This document shows positions 16,748-25,517 of a stretch of DNA of 34,905 nucleotides, piece after piece. The position numbers were made by a program, and so were the translations under genes. Source of the stretch: an uncultured Clostridia bacterium. GTDB lineage: Bacteria; Bacillota; Clostridia; Oscillospirales; CAG-272. The DNA lies in the NCBI GenBank assembly GCA_904502055.1, contig CAJGDZ010000002.1:1-34905 (forward strand), given 5' to 3'. Within the stretch, counting starts at the first letter, position 1, and the number at the start of each line of letters is the position of its first letter. Below the pieces are notes generated by a model that ran no database searches, was not told where the DNA came from, and worked only from the letters and a program-made list of their open reading frames with translations.

Positions 16748-17061
16748 TGCTCGGTGTCCTCCTTGGTGATAAAGCGGTAGATCGAAACGACCTCGCGCCA
16801 CTCCTTTTTGAATTCCTCGATCCGCTCTCTGCCCTTGGGGGTGATGCGGTAGTATTTTCGAAGCCGTCCCTCGTGCTCAGCACTTCGTACGGTCAGCATA
16901 TCCGCGCCCTCAAGGCGCTTGAGAATGGTATATAGCGTCGATTCCGACATTTCCAGATACGGCTTGATATCCTTTAGGATCTTGTAGCCGTAGGATTCCT
17001 CGTTCCGGATGGCGGTGAGCACGCACACGTCGAGAAGTCCTCGTTTGAGTTGAATATCCAT
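16744..17061 (-). CDS. PadR-family transcriptional regulator
   Basis: 105 aa. LLDVCVLTAIRNEESYGYKILKDI...STLYTILKRLEGADML...RKYYRITPKGRE is the PadR winged-helix pattern. Confidence 0.9.
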   Translation of the reverse strand: MDIQLKRGLLDVCVLTAIRNEESYGYKILKDIKPYLEMSESTLYTILKRLEGADMLTVRSAEHEGRLRKYYRITPKGRERIEEFKKEWREVVSIYRFITKEDTEQ

Positions 17062-17085
17062 AGTATACCTCTCTTTCTGATATAC

Positions 17086-17114
17086 ATCGTATCACGAAGT
17101 ATTGGGTTTGTCAA
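17086..17114 (-). promoter_or_regulatory. Sigma-A promoter of the PadR operon
   Basis: Minus strand: TTGACA (plus 17109-17114), 17 bp, TACGAT (plus 17086-17091). A short GTATA-N13-TATAC inverted repeat (17063-17085) spans the RBS and could be the PadR site, but the evidence is weak. Confidence 0.5.
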
Positions 17115-17141
17115 GAGTTTTTGAAAAAAACGAAAAAAATA

Positions 17142-17170
17142 CGGCTTGCGGGGCAGTGCCCTGCAAGCCG
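17142..17170 (-). terminator. Intrinsic terminator downstream of the PsiE-like gene and the small ORF
   Basis: Minus strand: CGGCTTGCAGGGCAC-TGCCCCGCAAGCCG hairpin followed by T7 (plus A-run 17133-17139). Confidence 0.75.
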
Positions 17171-17176
17171 CAGAGA

Positions 17177-17242
17177 TTACGATTCCTTGAAATTCAGATT
17201 GATGGCACCGATGCCCCAGATAATGTTGTTTGTTTTTTCATA
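17177..17242 (-). CDS. Candidate 21-codon small ORF (MKKQTTLFWGIGAINLNFKES); very tentative
   Basis: ATG 17242 is preceded by GGGAG with 5-nt spacing. That SD sits in the 3' arm of a CTCCCTT-TTTG-AAGGGAG hairpin. The stop TAA lies 6 nt before the terminator hairpin. No homology recognised. Confidence 0.2.
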   Translation of the reverse strand, partial: YEKTNNIIWGIGAINLNFKES

Positions 17243-17298
17243 ATGTCTCCCTTCAAAAAGGGAGCCGAATGTGTATGTAACGAAAACGGGGCGCGGAA

Positions 17299-17739
17299 TC
17301 AGCGGTTTTCCTTGTCGGCATCCTGCCCGGCGCAGAGCGAATCGTCATCGTCTCCTTCGGCGATCTCACGCTTGAAGTCGGACTTCGAGACAAGGAATCT
17401 CCGAATGGCAAACAGGCCGCCGATACAAAGTACGCAGGCAATGTTGCTCAGGGCACTTTCGTGGTTGATGATGACCTGACGCGCGATGGCCACGATCAGC
17501 ACCTCAATGGTGTTGGCGGGTGTGAGGTTGACAAGCATTCGCACGAACTCAAGGCCGACCACGATGGTCAGAATGCTTTGCAAGTAGGTGTCCGCCGAGG
17601 AAAAATATCCGTCCACGGTGAACAGCTTATAGACCTCATAGCCCAGCATGCCGATGAGCACCGCGACGGTCAAAATGGCTATCAGAAATTCCAAAAGGTG
17701 AAGGATCTTGTAGAAAAACTTTGACATTTTTTTAGGCAT
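17299..17739 (-). CDS. PsiE-like (phosphate-starvation-inducible E family) small membrane protein
   Basis: 146 aa, four hydrophobic segments. LQSILTIVVGLEFVRMLV...EVLIVAIARQVII resembles the PsiE family core as I recall it. Confidence 0.6.
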   Translation of the reverse strand: MPKKMSKFFYKILHLLEFLIAILTVAVLIGMLGYEVYKLFTVDGYFSSADTYLQSILTIVVGLEFVRMLVNLTPANTIEVLIVAIARQVIINHESALSNIACVLCIGGLFAIRRFLVSKSDFKREIAEGDDDDSLCAGQDADKENR

Positions 17740-17781
17740 AACGCAAGGATCTCCTTTGCTGTGGAATGATTTTCTTCATTT

Positions 17782-17810
17782 ATTATAGCATATTCGGCCA
17801 AAAATGTAAA
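17782..17810 (-). promoter_or_regulatory. Sigma-A promoter of the PsiE-like gene
   Basis: Minus strand: TTTACA (plus 17805-17810), 17 bp, TGC-TATAAT (plus 17782-17790). Confidence 0.6.
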
Positions 17811-17843
17811 TACGTGCAAAGGCAAAAAAATTCAAAAAAAGAC

Positions 17844-17876
17844 AAAGCGCCCACAGAGCTTATCTGTGGACGCTTT
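17844..17876 (-). terminator. Intrinsic terminator after the EamA transporter gene
   Basis: Minus strand: AAAGCGTCCACAG-ATAAGCT-CTGTGGGCGCTTT followed by GTCTTTTTTT. Confidence 0.8.
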
Positions 17877-17880
17877 CCGA

Positions 17881-18756
17881 TCAGGTTTGTTTTTTGGGGA
17901 AAAAGAATACGGTCATACCGACAAGAATGATCAGCATGCCGAGAAGCTGTCGGGGCTCAATGCCCTCGCGGAAGATGAGACGCGCGAGAATACAGGTGCC
18001 GATCGGCTCGCCGAGAATGCTCATGGTCACCGCCGAGGCAGGGAGCCGTTTGAGTAAAAGGTTAAAGACAAACTGACCGCCGACAGTCGAGATCAGCGCA
18101 AGACCGAGGAAGGCGCCAAGGGTCTGTCCCCCGTAGCCGCCGAGAGGCGCACCGATAAGGCCAATGTAGCCGAGCAAAAGCGCGGCACTCACAAGGTAGG
18201 CCAGTGTGGAATAGGTGACGGCGGAAACCTCCCGTCGCACCGATTCTCCGACGAAATAGTAGAAGGCGATCACGCCCGCGGCCACAAAGGCAAGGATGTC
18301 GCCAATCAGCGCCTTGCCGCTGATCTGAAGGTCGCCAAGACCGATGATCAGACAACCGCCAAGGGCGATGGCGCACCCGATGAGAGCGGTGGGTCTTGCG
18401 CGTCTTTTGCGGAGCAGGCGGTCAAGCCAAAGCGAAAAGAGCGGCTGAAGCGAGACCAGAACCGTGGAGCTGGCAATCGACGTGTAGCCTAAGGATTCAA
18501 ACCAAAGCACGTAGTGAAGAGCAAGACAAAAACCGGCCAAGGCGATTTGCATCCATTGCTTTTGGGAGAAGGCACCAAGCTCGCGGCGGCAGTCCTTGCG
18601 GCCGAGAAAAAAGGGAAGCAGAGCCAGTCCTGCGAGCAAAAGCCGATAAAACGCGGTCACCGCCGCAGGAGCGCTTGCCATTCTCACGAAAATCGCGGAG
18701 GCAGACAGCGCCAGCACGCCGCCAAAAAGGATCAGATAGGTTTTGATGCTTGTCAT
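17881..18756 (-). CDS. DMT-superfamily (EamA-type) transporter
   Basis: 291 aa, about ten TM segments in two similar halves. Starts 3 nt after the upstream lipoprotein stop. Confidence 0.75.
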   Translation of the reverse strand: MTSIKTYLILFGGVLALSASAIFVRMASAPAAVTAFYRLLLAGLALLPFFLGRKDCRRELGAFSQKQWMQIALAGFCLALHYVLWFESLGYTSIASSTVLVSLQPLFSLWLDRLLRKRRARPTALIGCAIALGGCLIIGLGDLQISGKALIGDILAFVAAGVIAFYYFVGESVRREVSAVTYSTLAYLVSAALLLGYIGLIGAPLGGYGGQTLGAFLGLALISTVGGQFVFNLLLKRLPASAVTMSILGEPIGTCILARLIFREGIEPRQLLGMLIILVGMTVFFFPKKQT

Positions 18757-18759
18757 TTT

Positions 18760-19995
18760 TTAGTCCAGATAGGTGATCTCGCTTTCGGGAACGCCCTTGA
18801 TGTCACCAACGGTGGCATAAGAGCCGAGAACGCGGTCAACGTAGCCTTGTGAGATGGTGCTTTGCATCGGCGCTGTGGGAAGCTCGCCGAAGATCGCGCG
18901 GTAGATCATATGCGCGCCCACGTAGCCTGCCAGCGTTGTGCTGTGCTTGTGCGAATCGTTGATGCACATGGCCCATCGGTCAACGCCGTTTTCGATCAGC
19001 CTCTCGACCTCATTCTTCCAATGCAGACAGATAAGGGAGGGGTAGGTATCCATTGCGGTGGAAACGTGCGTGGCGTTTTCGTTGTGTGCGGGGAAGAGGA
19101 TAAGCTCGGTGAAGGACTTGTCGCAGGCCTCCTTGAGAATGCCAAGGTTTTGCACCTCGGCTGCGGCGTAAAAGCCGCAAATAAAGACCGCATCATAGGC
19201 GCCGCTCCGGATACGCTCCATCAAAGCGGAATCCTTGATGTAGGTCTCTACGCGCGCATAGCCGCGGGAGATGGCGGTAACGGTGCAGCTCCTTCCGTTG
19301 ATGCGAAGCATCTCACGCAAAACGTCACCGATGTTCGAGGTGCCGATAAAGCTGTTGCCGAGGATCAAGATCGAGGAAGAGTCGCCGAGACAGTCCGAAA
19401 GAACGCCCAGCGTATCGCTTGAGCTCTTTGGCACCGCACAGACGCTTGTAAAGAGTGCTTGCTCGCACGCCATATCGACCTCGGAGAGGGCAACGGCAAG
19501 CGTGACGGCTCGCATCTCATCCTCAAACCAGTAAACGTAATCGTATCGGTAGCGGTAATCCACGCCCTCGCCGGAGCCGATGCGCTCGATGGACTGGGCT
19601 ACCGAAACGCCATTGGCGGTGAACTCGTCAAAGGCAACGGTGGTCCACTCGTCGCCGTCGGGCGTATCGTCCGCGCCGAGATGTCCGATGATGACCTCGT
19701 CGCGAAGGATCTCATAGGCATCGCCCACACGGCTCAGCGTCCATTCGCTCGGATACGAAAAACTCAGCAAAAGGGTGTCCCCCGTGAAGCCAAAGGTTCC
19801 GGTCTTGTGGGTACCCGACGGGTGGCGCTCGACGTCGTCGTAAGAAATTTCGATCACAGGCTCGGTGGTTTCGGGCACCGTGGTCTCGGGCTGCGTGGTT
19901 TCGGGTGCGGTGCTGTCCTCGGGCGTACCCGTGCAGGCGCAGAGAAGCGCCGAAAGTATAAGCAATGCGATCAAAAGAAAATGTATTTTTTTCAC
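18760..19995 (-). CDS. Lipoprotein of unknown function with a possible SGNH/DUF4886-like C-terminal domain
   Basis: GTG start at 19995 with AAGGAGA 5 nt upstream. Lipobox LLCAC. PETTQPETTVPETTEP linker. The ILILGNSFIGTSN block recalls GDSL/SGNH block I, but the functional call is weak. Confidence 0.6.
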   Translation of the reverse strand: MKKIHFLLIALLILSALLCACTGTPEDSTAPETTQPETTVPETTEPVIEISYDDVERHPSGTHKTGTFGFTGDTLLLSFSYPSEWTLSRVGDAYEILRDEVIIGHLGADDTPDGDEWTTVAFDEFTANGVSVAQSIERIGSGEGVDYRYRYDYVYWFEDEMRAVTLAVALSEVDMACEQALFTSVCAVPKSSSDTLGVLSDCLGDSSSILILGNSFIGTSNIGDVLREMLRINGRSCTVTAISRGYARVETYIKDSALMERIRSGAYDAVFICGFYAAAEVQNLGILKEACDKSFTELILFPAHNENATHVSTAMDTYPSLICLHWKNEVERLIENGVDRWAMCINDSHKHSTTLAGYVGAHMIYRAIFGELPTAPMQSTISQGYVDRVLGSYATVGDIKGVPESEITYLD

Positions 19996-20014
19996 ACCTG
20001 TCTCCTTATGTTAA

Positions 20015-20046
20015 ATTTTCAAAAAAGTGGCCCGGAATAAGGCTTC
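20015..20046 (-). terminator. Intrinsic terminator after guaA
   Basis: Minus strand: AAGTGGCCC...GGGCCACTT 9-bp stem followed by T6 (plus A-run 20011-20016). Confidence 0.75.
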
Positions 20047-20071
20047 GGGGCCACTTAAAAACCTTATTCAA

Positions 20072-21073
20072 TTATTCCCACTCAATCGTTCCCGTGGGCT
20101 TGGGCGTGATGTCGTAGAGCACGCGGTTGATGCCCTCGACCTCGGCGGTGATGCGCGCGGTGATCTTATGGAGGATCGCGTAGGGGATCTCCTCGATGCT
20201 TGCGGTCATCGCGTCCTTGGTATTGACGGCGCGGATGATGGCGGGCCAGCCCTCATAGCGGCTGTCGTCCTTCACGCCGACCGACTTGAGGTCGGGAATG
20301 ACCACGAAATACTGCCAAACCTTCTCGGCAAGGCCGTTCTTGTCAAACTCATCCCGAAGGATCGCGTCTGCCTCGCGGAGTGCGGCAAGTCTATCGCGGG
20401 TGATGGCACCCAGGCAACGGACACCAAGGCCCGGGCCGGGGAACGGCTGACGGTATACCATCGCGTGCGGCAGGCCCAGCGCCTCACCGACCACGCGTAC
20501 CTCGTCCTTAAAGAGAAGCTGAATGGGCTCTACCAGCTCAAACTTCAGATCCTCAGGCAGACCGCCCACGTTGTGGTGCGACTTGACGGCCTTCTTGCCC
20601 TCTGCCTGCTTGATGCTCTCGAGAATGTCGGGGTAGATCGTACCCTGTGCGAGGAACTCCACGCCCTCAAGCTTTCTTGCCTCGTCGGCAAACACCTCGA
20701 TGAACTCCTTACCGATGATCTTGCGCTTGCTCTCGGGGTCGGAAACACCGGCCAGCAGATCAAGGAAGCGATCGGTGGCATCTACGTACACAAGGTTGGC
20801 ATCCAGCTGATTGCGGAACACCTCCACTACGTTTTCGGACTCGTTTTTGCGCATCAGGCCGTGGTTGACGTGCACGCAGACAAGCTGCTTTCCGATCGCC
20901 TTAATAAGCAGTGCGGCAACGACCGACGAGTCAACGCCGCCGGACAGGGCCAGCAGCACGCGCTTGTCGCCTACCTGCTTTCGGATCTCGGTGATCTGCT
21001 CGTCGATAAATGCCTTGGCGAGAGAGGGGGTTGTGATTCGTTCCATGGTTTCGGGTCTGGTTTGATAGCTCAT
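20072..21073 (-). CDS. guaA: GMP synthase ATP-pyrophosphatase plus dimerisation domains only (no glutamine amidotransferase domain)
   Basis: Preferred ATG 21073 (MSYQTRPE...) with AAAGGAGAG upstream. P-loop LALSGGVDSSV. The C-terminal ...KPTGTIEWE end is characteristic of GuaA. 333 aa, against the ~510-525 aa I recall for full-length bacterial GuaA. Confidence 0.9.
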   Translation of the reverse strand: MSYQTRPETMERITTPSLAKAFIDEQITEIRKQVGDKRVLLALSGGVDSSVVAALLIKAIGKQLVCVHVNHGLMRKNESENVVEVFRNQLDANLVYVDATDRFLDLLAGVSDPESKRKIIGKEFIEVFADEARKLEGVEFLAQGTIYPDILESIKQAEGKKAVKSHHNVGGLPEDLKFELVEPIQLLFKDEVRVVGEALGLPHAMVYRQPFPGPGLGVRCLGAITRDRLAALREADAILRDEFDKNGLAEKVWQYFVVIPDLKSVGVKDDSRYEGWPAIIRAVNTKDAMTASIEEIPYAILHKITARITAEVEGINRVLYDITPKPTGTIEWE

Positions 21074-21134
21074 ATGTTTCTCTCCTTTATGCTGTGGGCT
21101 TTTGAGTCCGCAATTGAATTCTATTATGTTGAAT

Positions 21135-21163
21135 ATTATAGCACAGAATAGGACGAATATCAA
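21135..21163 (-). promoter_or_regulatory. Sigma-A promoter of guaA
   Basis: Minus strand: TTGATA (plus 21158-21163), 17 bp, TGC-TATAAT (plus 21135-21143). The leader is about 55 nt. Confidence 0.65.
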
Positions 21164-21211
21164 GAAAAAATTTTTAAAAAATAAAAAAAATGTAAAAATA
21201 AAACTTTTCAC

Positions 21212-21240
21212 TTGACATAAAGTTAGTAACATAATATAAT
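21212..21240 (+). promoter_or_regulatory. Consensus sigma-A promoter of the P-type ATPase gene
   Basis: TTGACA (21212-21217), 17 bp, TATAAT (21235-21240). Confidence 0.7.
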
Positions 21241-21284
21241 ATTAATTGCTGTGTTTCGGCACAATTAAAAAAGGAGAAAAGAGA

Positions 21285-23951
21285 ATGATTGTACACGACA
21301 AGTCAAGTGAAGAGGTTCTCCGGGCTCTTGCGGTAAGCCCCGAGGCGGGTCTCACGGCGGAAGAGGCGGCTCTTCGCAAGGAAAAATACGGTGTTAACAA
21401 GCTGAAGGAAAAAAAGAAAAAGACCACGATGCAACGCTTTTTTGACCAGTTCAAGGATGCGATGATCATCATTTTGCTGATCGCGGCGGTCATTTCCTTT
21501 GTTCTGATCTGTGTGGAGAAAAACTGGGGCGAGCTGTTTGAGCCCGGACTCATTCTTCTCATCGTGATCCTCAACGCCATTATGGGCGTATATCAGGAGG
21601 GAAAAGCGGAAAAGGCGCTGGATGCGCTTAAAAATATGTCCGCGCCGCACGCTCGCGTCATCCGCGGCGGTGTGGAAATGGTGATCGATGCCGCCGAGCT
21701 TGTACCGGGCGACATCATCAAGCTGGAGGCGGGCGACTTCGTGCCTGCCGACGCGCGTCTGCTTCAGAGCGTCAGCCTCAAGTCCGAGGAAGCCGCCCTC
21801 ACGGGTGAATCGGTGCCCTCGGAGAAGGATGCCGCCGTCGTAGTGGACGAGAACGCGCCCATCGGTGACCGCACCAATATGGTGTTCTCGGGCTGCAGTA
21901 TCACCTACGGAACGGCGCTGGCCGTTGTCTCGGCTACGGGAATGGATACCGAGATGGGTAAGATCGCCAACCTTTTGGACAGCGAGGAGGACACGCAGAC
22001 GCCGCTTCAGCAGAAGCTGGCGCAGCTTGGTAAGTACCTTGGCTTTATGGCGCTGGCCGCGTGTGCCGTCATTTTTGTTGTGGGACTTCTTAATAAGATC
22101 CCCGTAATGCATATCTTTATGACCTCGGTGTCGCTTGCCGTTTCGGCTATCCCCGAGGGACTTCCCGCCATCGTTACCATCGTGCTTTCGATCGGCGTTC
22201 AGCGAATGGTTAAGAAGAACGCACTCATTCGCCGTCTGCCTGCCGTGGAGACGCTGGGCGGTGCGTCGGTCATTTGCTCGGATAAGACGGGTACGCTTAC
22301 GCAGAACCGTATGACACTTACCAAGGCTTACGTGGACGGCGGCGAGATCGAGCTGATCTCGGCTACCAATTCCGAGTCCGTCCGTCAGCTTCTCAATTAC
22401 GGTACGCTTTGCTGTGACGGCTCGGTCGTCTTTTCGGACGAGGGTGAGCAGCACATCGGTGACCCCACCGAGACCGCGATCGTTGTGGCCTCGCACAAGA
22501 ACGGCTTTGAGAAGGACGCGTTGAACAAGCAGTTCCCGCGTCTTGCCGGAATTCCCTTCGATTCCGACCGCAAGCTGATGTCGACGGTCAACGAGATCGA
22601 CGGCAAGAAGATCGTTATCGTTAAGGGCGCTTTTGATATGATGGCGGTGCGCTGTGTCAAGGGTGACCTTGAGACTGCCAAGCGCATCACCGAGGAGATG
22701 AGCCGTGACGCGCTTCGCGTACTGGCTGTTGCCTACAGAGAAATTGATGAAATTCCCGAGAACCTCACCTCCGAGGAACTCGAAAACGGACTTACCTTTA
22801 TGGGTCTTGTGGGTATGATCGACCCGCCCCGTCCCGAGGCAAAGGCGGCTGTTGCCGTTTGTCGCCGTGCGGGTATCAAGCCGGTTATGATCACGGGTGA
22901 CCACGTGGTCACCGCCTCAGCGATCGCCAAGGAGCTGGGCATTCTCGTGGAGGGTGACCGCGCCATTACCGGTGCCGAGCTTGATGCTATGAGCGATGAG
23001 GAGCTGGATGCGGCGGTTGAGCATATTTCGGTCTACGCCCGCGTTTCGCCCGAAAATAAGATCCGCATTGTCAAGGCTTGGCAGAGAAAGGGTCAGGTCG
23101 TTTCCATGACCGGTGACGGCGTTAATGACGCGCCCGCCCTTAAGGCCGCCGACATCGGATGTGCTATGGGTATCACGGGTACCGACGTTGCCAAGGGCGC
23201 ATCGGATATGACGCTTACCGACGACAACTTTGCTACCATCGTAGACGCGGTGGAGGAGGGAAGAGGCATTTACGCCAACATCAAGAAGGTGGTCGGCTTC
23301 CTTCTGAGCACCAACATCGGCGAGGTGTTCACCGTATTCTTTGCTATGCTGATGTGGCATACGTCACCCCTGCTTTCGATGCAGCTTCTCTGGATCAATC
23401 TTGTCACCGACTCTCTGCCCGCGATTGCGCTGGGTATGGAAGCGGTGGAAAAGGACGTAATGGATCGCAAGCCCAAGCCCAAGAACGAGGGCATTTTCGC
23501 CGGCGGACTGGGTGTCCGTGTGGCCATCCAGGGCGTGATGTTTGCCTTCCTGACGCTGGTTGCCTTCTGGGTAGGAACCGGTCTTGAGCTGGTGCATATG
23601 TTTGACGGCGTGCTTCTTGACGAGGCGCACGAGTGGAATCTTGTGGGCGGTCAGACGCTGGCGTTTATGGTGCTGGCTCTTTGCCAGATCGTTCAGGCGT
23701 ACAATATGCGCTCGGAGCACTCGCTCTTCAAGATCGGCCCGTTCGGCAACAAGAACCTCAACCTTGCCGCACTTGCGTCCACCGCACTTATGGCATTCGT
23801 TCTGTTCGTTCCCGGCGTGCAGGACATCTTCAATCTTCGTTACCTCACCTGGCAGCAGTATCTGATCGGTGTTGTTCTGATCTTCGTGCCGCTTCTGGTG
23901 ATGGAGCTTGGAAAGCTGTTTGGCTTTATCAAGGCACACAATCACAAGTAA
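21285..23951 (+). CDS. Calcium-translocating P-type ATPase (P2A, SERCA/PMCA-like)
   Basis: AAAGGAGAAAAG precedes ATG 21285. Motifs: DKTGTLT phosphorylation site, AIPEGLPA (M4 ion site), [18 protein letters not shown]. 888 aa. Confidence 0.92.
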   Translation: MIVHDKSSEEVLRALAVSPEAGLTAEEAALRKEKYGVNKLKEKKKKTTMQRFFDQFKDAMIIILLIAAVISFVLICVEKNWGELFEPGLILLIVILNAIMGVYQEGKAEKALDALKNMSAPHARVIRGGVEMVIDAAELVPGDIIKLEAGDFVPADARLLQSVSLKSEEAALTGESVPSEKDAAVVVDENAPIGDRTNMVFSGCSITYGTALAVVSATGMDTEMGKIANLLDSEEDTQTPLQQKLAQLGKYLGFMALAACAVIFVVGLLNKIPVMHIFMTSVSLAVSAIPEGLPAIVTIVLSIGVQRMVKKNALIRRLPAVETLGGASVICSDKTGTLTQNRMTLTKAYVDGGEIELISATNSESVRQLLNYGTLCCDGSVVFSDEGEQHIGDPTETAIVVASHKNGFEKDALNKQFPRLAGIPFDSDRKLMSTVNEIDGKKIVIVKGAFDMMAVRCVKGDLETAKRITEEMSRDALRVLAVAYREIDEIPENLTSEELENGLTFMGLVGMIDPPRPEAKAAVAVCRRAGIKPVMITGDHVVTASAIAKELGILVEGDRAITGAELDAMSDEELDAAVEHISVYARVSPENKIRIVKAWQRKGQVVSMTGDGVNDAPALKAADIGCAMGITGTDVAKGASDMTLTDDNFATIVDAVEEGRGIYANIKKVVGFLLSTNIGEVFTVFFAMLMWHTSPLLSMQLLWINLVTDSLPAIALGMEAVEKDVMDRKPKPKNEGIFAGGLGVRVAIQGVMFAFLTLVAFWVGTGLELVHMFDGVLLDEAHEWNLVGGQTLAFMVLALCQIVQAYNMRSEHSLFKIGPFGNKNLNLAALASTALMAFVLFVPGVQDIFNLRYLTWQQYLIGVVLIFVPLLVMELGKLFGFIKAHNHK

Positions 23952-23961
23952 TTCAAATTCA

Positions 23962-23998
23962 CAAGGCGAGGCCGTTCCGGACTCGCCTTGTTATTCTT
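23962..23998 (+). terminator. Intrinsic terminator after the ATPase gene
   Basis: CAAGGCGAG-(11 nt)-CTCGCCTTG followed by TTATTCTT. Confidence 0.6.
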
Positions 23999-24025
23999 GA
24001 CAAAAGAAGACCGGCATGATATAAT
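23997..24025 (+). promoter_or_regulatory. Consensus sigma-A promoter of the esterase gene
   Basis: TTGACA (23997-24002), 17 bp, TGA-TATAAT (24017-24025). Confidence 0.7.
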
Positions 24026-24052
24026 GGCAAAAAAAACGGAAAAGGGGTACAT

Positions 24053-24835
24053 ATGGCATTCTTTCAAATGAACTATCATTCCGATGCGCTTCGCATCGGT
24101 GTTTCGGTCAACGTGATCCTTCCCGAGAAGGCAAAGACCGTGATCGGCATGGAGGCCAATGGTGAGAGCACCTACAAAACGCTTTACCTTTACCACGGGC
24201 TTTCCGATGATCACACCATTTGGATGCGCCGCACCTCGATCGAGCGCTATGCGGCTGAGAAGAATATTGCGGTGGTGATGCCCTGTGTGGCGCGAAGCTG
24301 GTATACCGACACGGCCTACGGTGCAAAGTATCTGACCTTTGTCACAAGGGAGCTGCCCGAGGTCTGCCGTGGCTTTTTCCGCGGAATGTCCGACAAGCGT
24401 GAGGACAATTTGGTGGCCGGTCTTTCGATGGGCGGCTACGGTGCCATCAAGGCGGCGTTGACCCGTCCCGACCTTTTCGGCGGTTGTGCCTCTCTTTCGG
24501 GTGCGCTCGACGTCACCGACTTTTCGCGCCGCAATCGCATTATGGAGGAGTGGCAGGGAATTGCCGGCTTTGATATCACGGGCGGTGAGGATCTGGTGGA
24601 CGGCCCGATGGATCTGTTTGCCATGACCAAGCGCCACCGTGAGGAGGGAAAGCCCTTTCCGCGGCTGTATATGTGGTGCGGTGAGCAGGACGGTCTGGTG
24701 GAGCAGAATGCCCGCTTTGATACGCTTCTGAATGAGCTTGGGGTGGAGCACCTTTACGAAACATCCGAGGGCAATCACTCTTGGAAATGGTGGGATCTTC
24801 ATATTCAAGATGCCCTCCAATATTTGCTGGGTTAA
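24053..24835 (+). CDS. Alpha/beta-hydrolase esterase (esterase D / S-formylglutathione hydrolase-like)
   Basis: 260 aa. LYLYHGLSDD and the nucleophile elbow GLSMGGYGA (GxSxG). Confidence 0.8.
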   Translation: MAFFQMNYHSDALRIGVSVNVILPEKAKTVIGMEANGESTYKTLYLYHGLSDDHTIWMRRTSIERYAAEKNIAVVMPCVARSWYTDTAYGAKYLTFVTRELPEVCRGFFRGMSDKREDNLVAGLSMGGYGAIKAALTRPDLFGGCASLSGALDVTDFSRRNRIMEEWQGIAGFDITGGEDLVDGPMDLFAMTKRHREEGKPFPRLYMWCGEQDGLVEQNARFDTLLNELGVEHLYETSEGNHSWKWWDLHIQDALQYLLG

Positions 24836-24843
24836 AAGAAAAG

Positions 24844-24872
24844 GCGCAGAACCTTGGTTCTGCGCTCTTTTT
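24844..24872. terminator. Bidirectional terminator between convergent esterase and HAD genes
   Basis: GCGCAGAACC-TT-GGTTCTGCGC, with an A-rich tract upstream and a T-run downstream. Confidence 0.7.
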
Positions 24873-25515
24873 ATATGTGATCGATCTTGCGGAAATCCTC
24901 CAGGTATACGTCGGCGGTTTCTTTCATCTGTTCGACGAAGGCCTTGGCAGTCTCGTCGTAGATGCCGACAGTGAAAAGCCCGGCCGCTTTGGCGGCGGCA
25001 AGCGAGTGGATGCTATCGTCAAAAAAGGCGATTTGATCCGGTGCAAGCGCAAAGCGCTCGGCGGCTCTCCGATAAATTTCGGGGTTGGATTTGGGAATGC
25101 CGAAATCGTCGCAGCTCCAGACACGGTCGAACAGGTCGAGAACCCCAAGACGCTTAAAGCAGGGCTCAACGAAGCGCAGAGGGCTTGCCGTGAGAATGGC
25201 AAGCGAAGCGCCGCGCGCTTTCAGCGCGGTCAGATATTCGTATACGCCGGGCTTGAGGGGCACCTCATTTTGATAATATTGATAAATGAGGGTTTGCACG
25301 TATTCAAGATATTCCTCGCCGTTTGTGGAAAGACCGAAATGCTTGTTGTAATAGTCGGCCGAGCCGGGGTAGCCGAGTGGCGTTACGATTTCCATAATGT
25401 TTTCGGGATAATCCACGCCGCGGCTTTTGAGGAAGCTTTTGACCCCCATAGCCACGTAGGGCATGGAGTCGACAAGCGTGCCGTCGAAGTCAAAGATATA
25501 AGCGGAATGGGACAT
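24871..25515 (-). CDS. HAD-superfamily phosphatase (subfamily IA-like)
   Basis: N-terminal YIFDFDGTLVDS (DxDGT motif I). FFDDSIHSLAAAKAAG provides motifs III/IV. Starts 2 nt after the AraC-family stop. Confidence 0.85.
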   Translation of the reverse strand: MSHSAYIFDFDGTLVDSMPYVAMGVKSFLKSRGVDYPENIMEIVTPLGYPGSADYYNKHFGLSTNGEEYLEYVQTLIYQYYQNEVPLKPGVYEYLTALKARGASLAILTASPLRFVEPCFKRLGVLDLFDRVWSCDDFGIPKSNPEIYRRAAERFALAPDQIAFFDDSIHSLAAAKAAGLFTVGIYDETAKAFVEQMKETADVYLEDFRKIDHI

Positions 25516-25517
25516 AC

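Noticed and set aside
21074-21134. Purine riboswitch in the guaA leader
   Set aside because: The leader from the predicted start to the ATG is only about 55 nt. It lacks the three-way-junction aptamer sequence.
13468-22904. Other long shadow ORFs (13468-14757 +, 20027-21151 +, 21303-22904 -, 8230-8931 -, 9118-10101 -, 6309-7388 -)
   Set aside because: Each lies fully inside and opposite to a gene with strong motif support (beta-helix, GuaA, P-type ATPase, ETF, isomerase, FGGY kinase). No independent signals support them.
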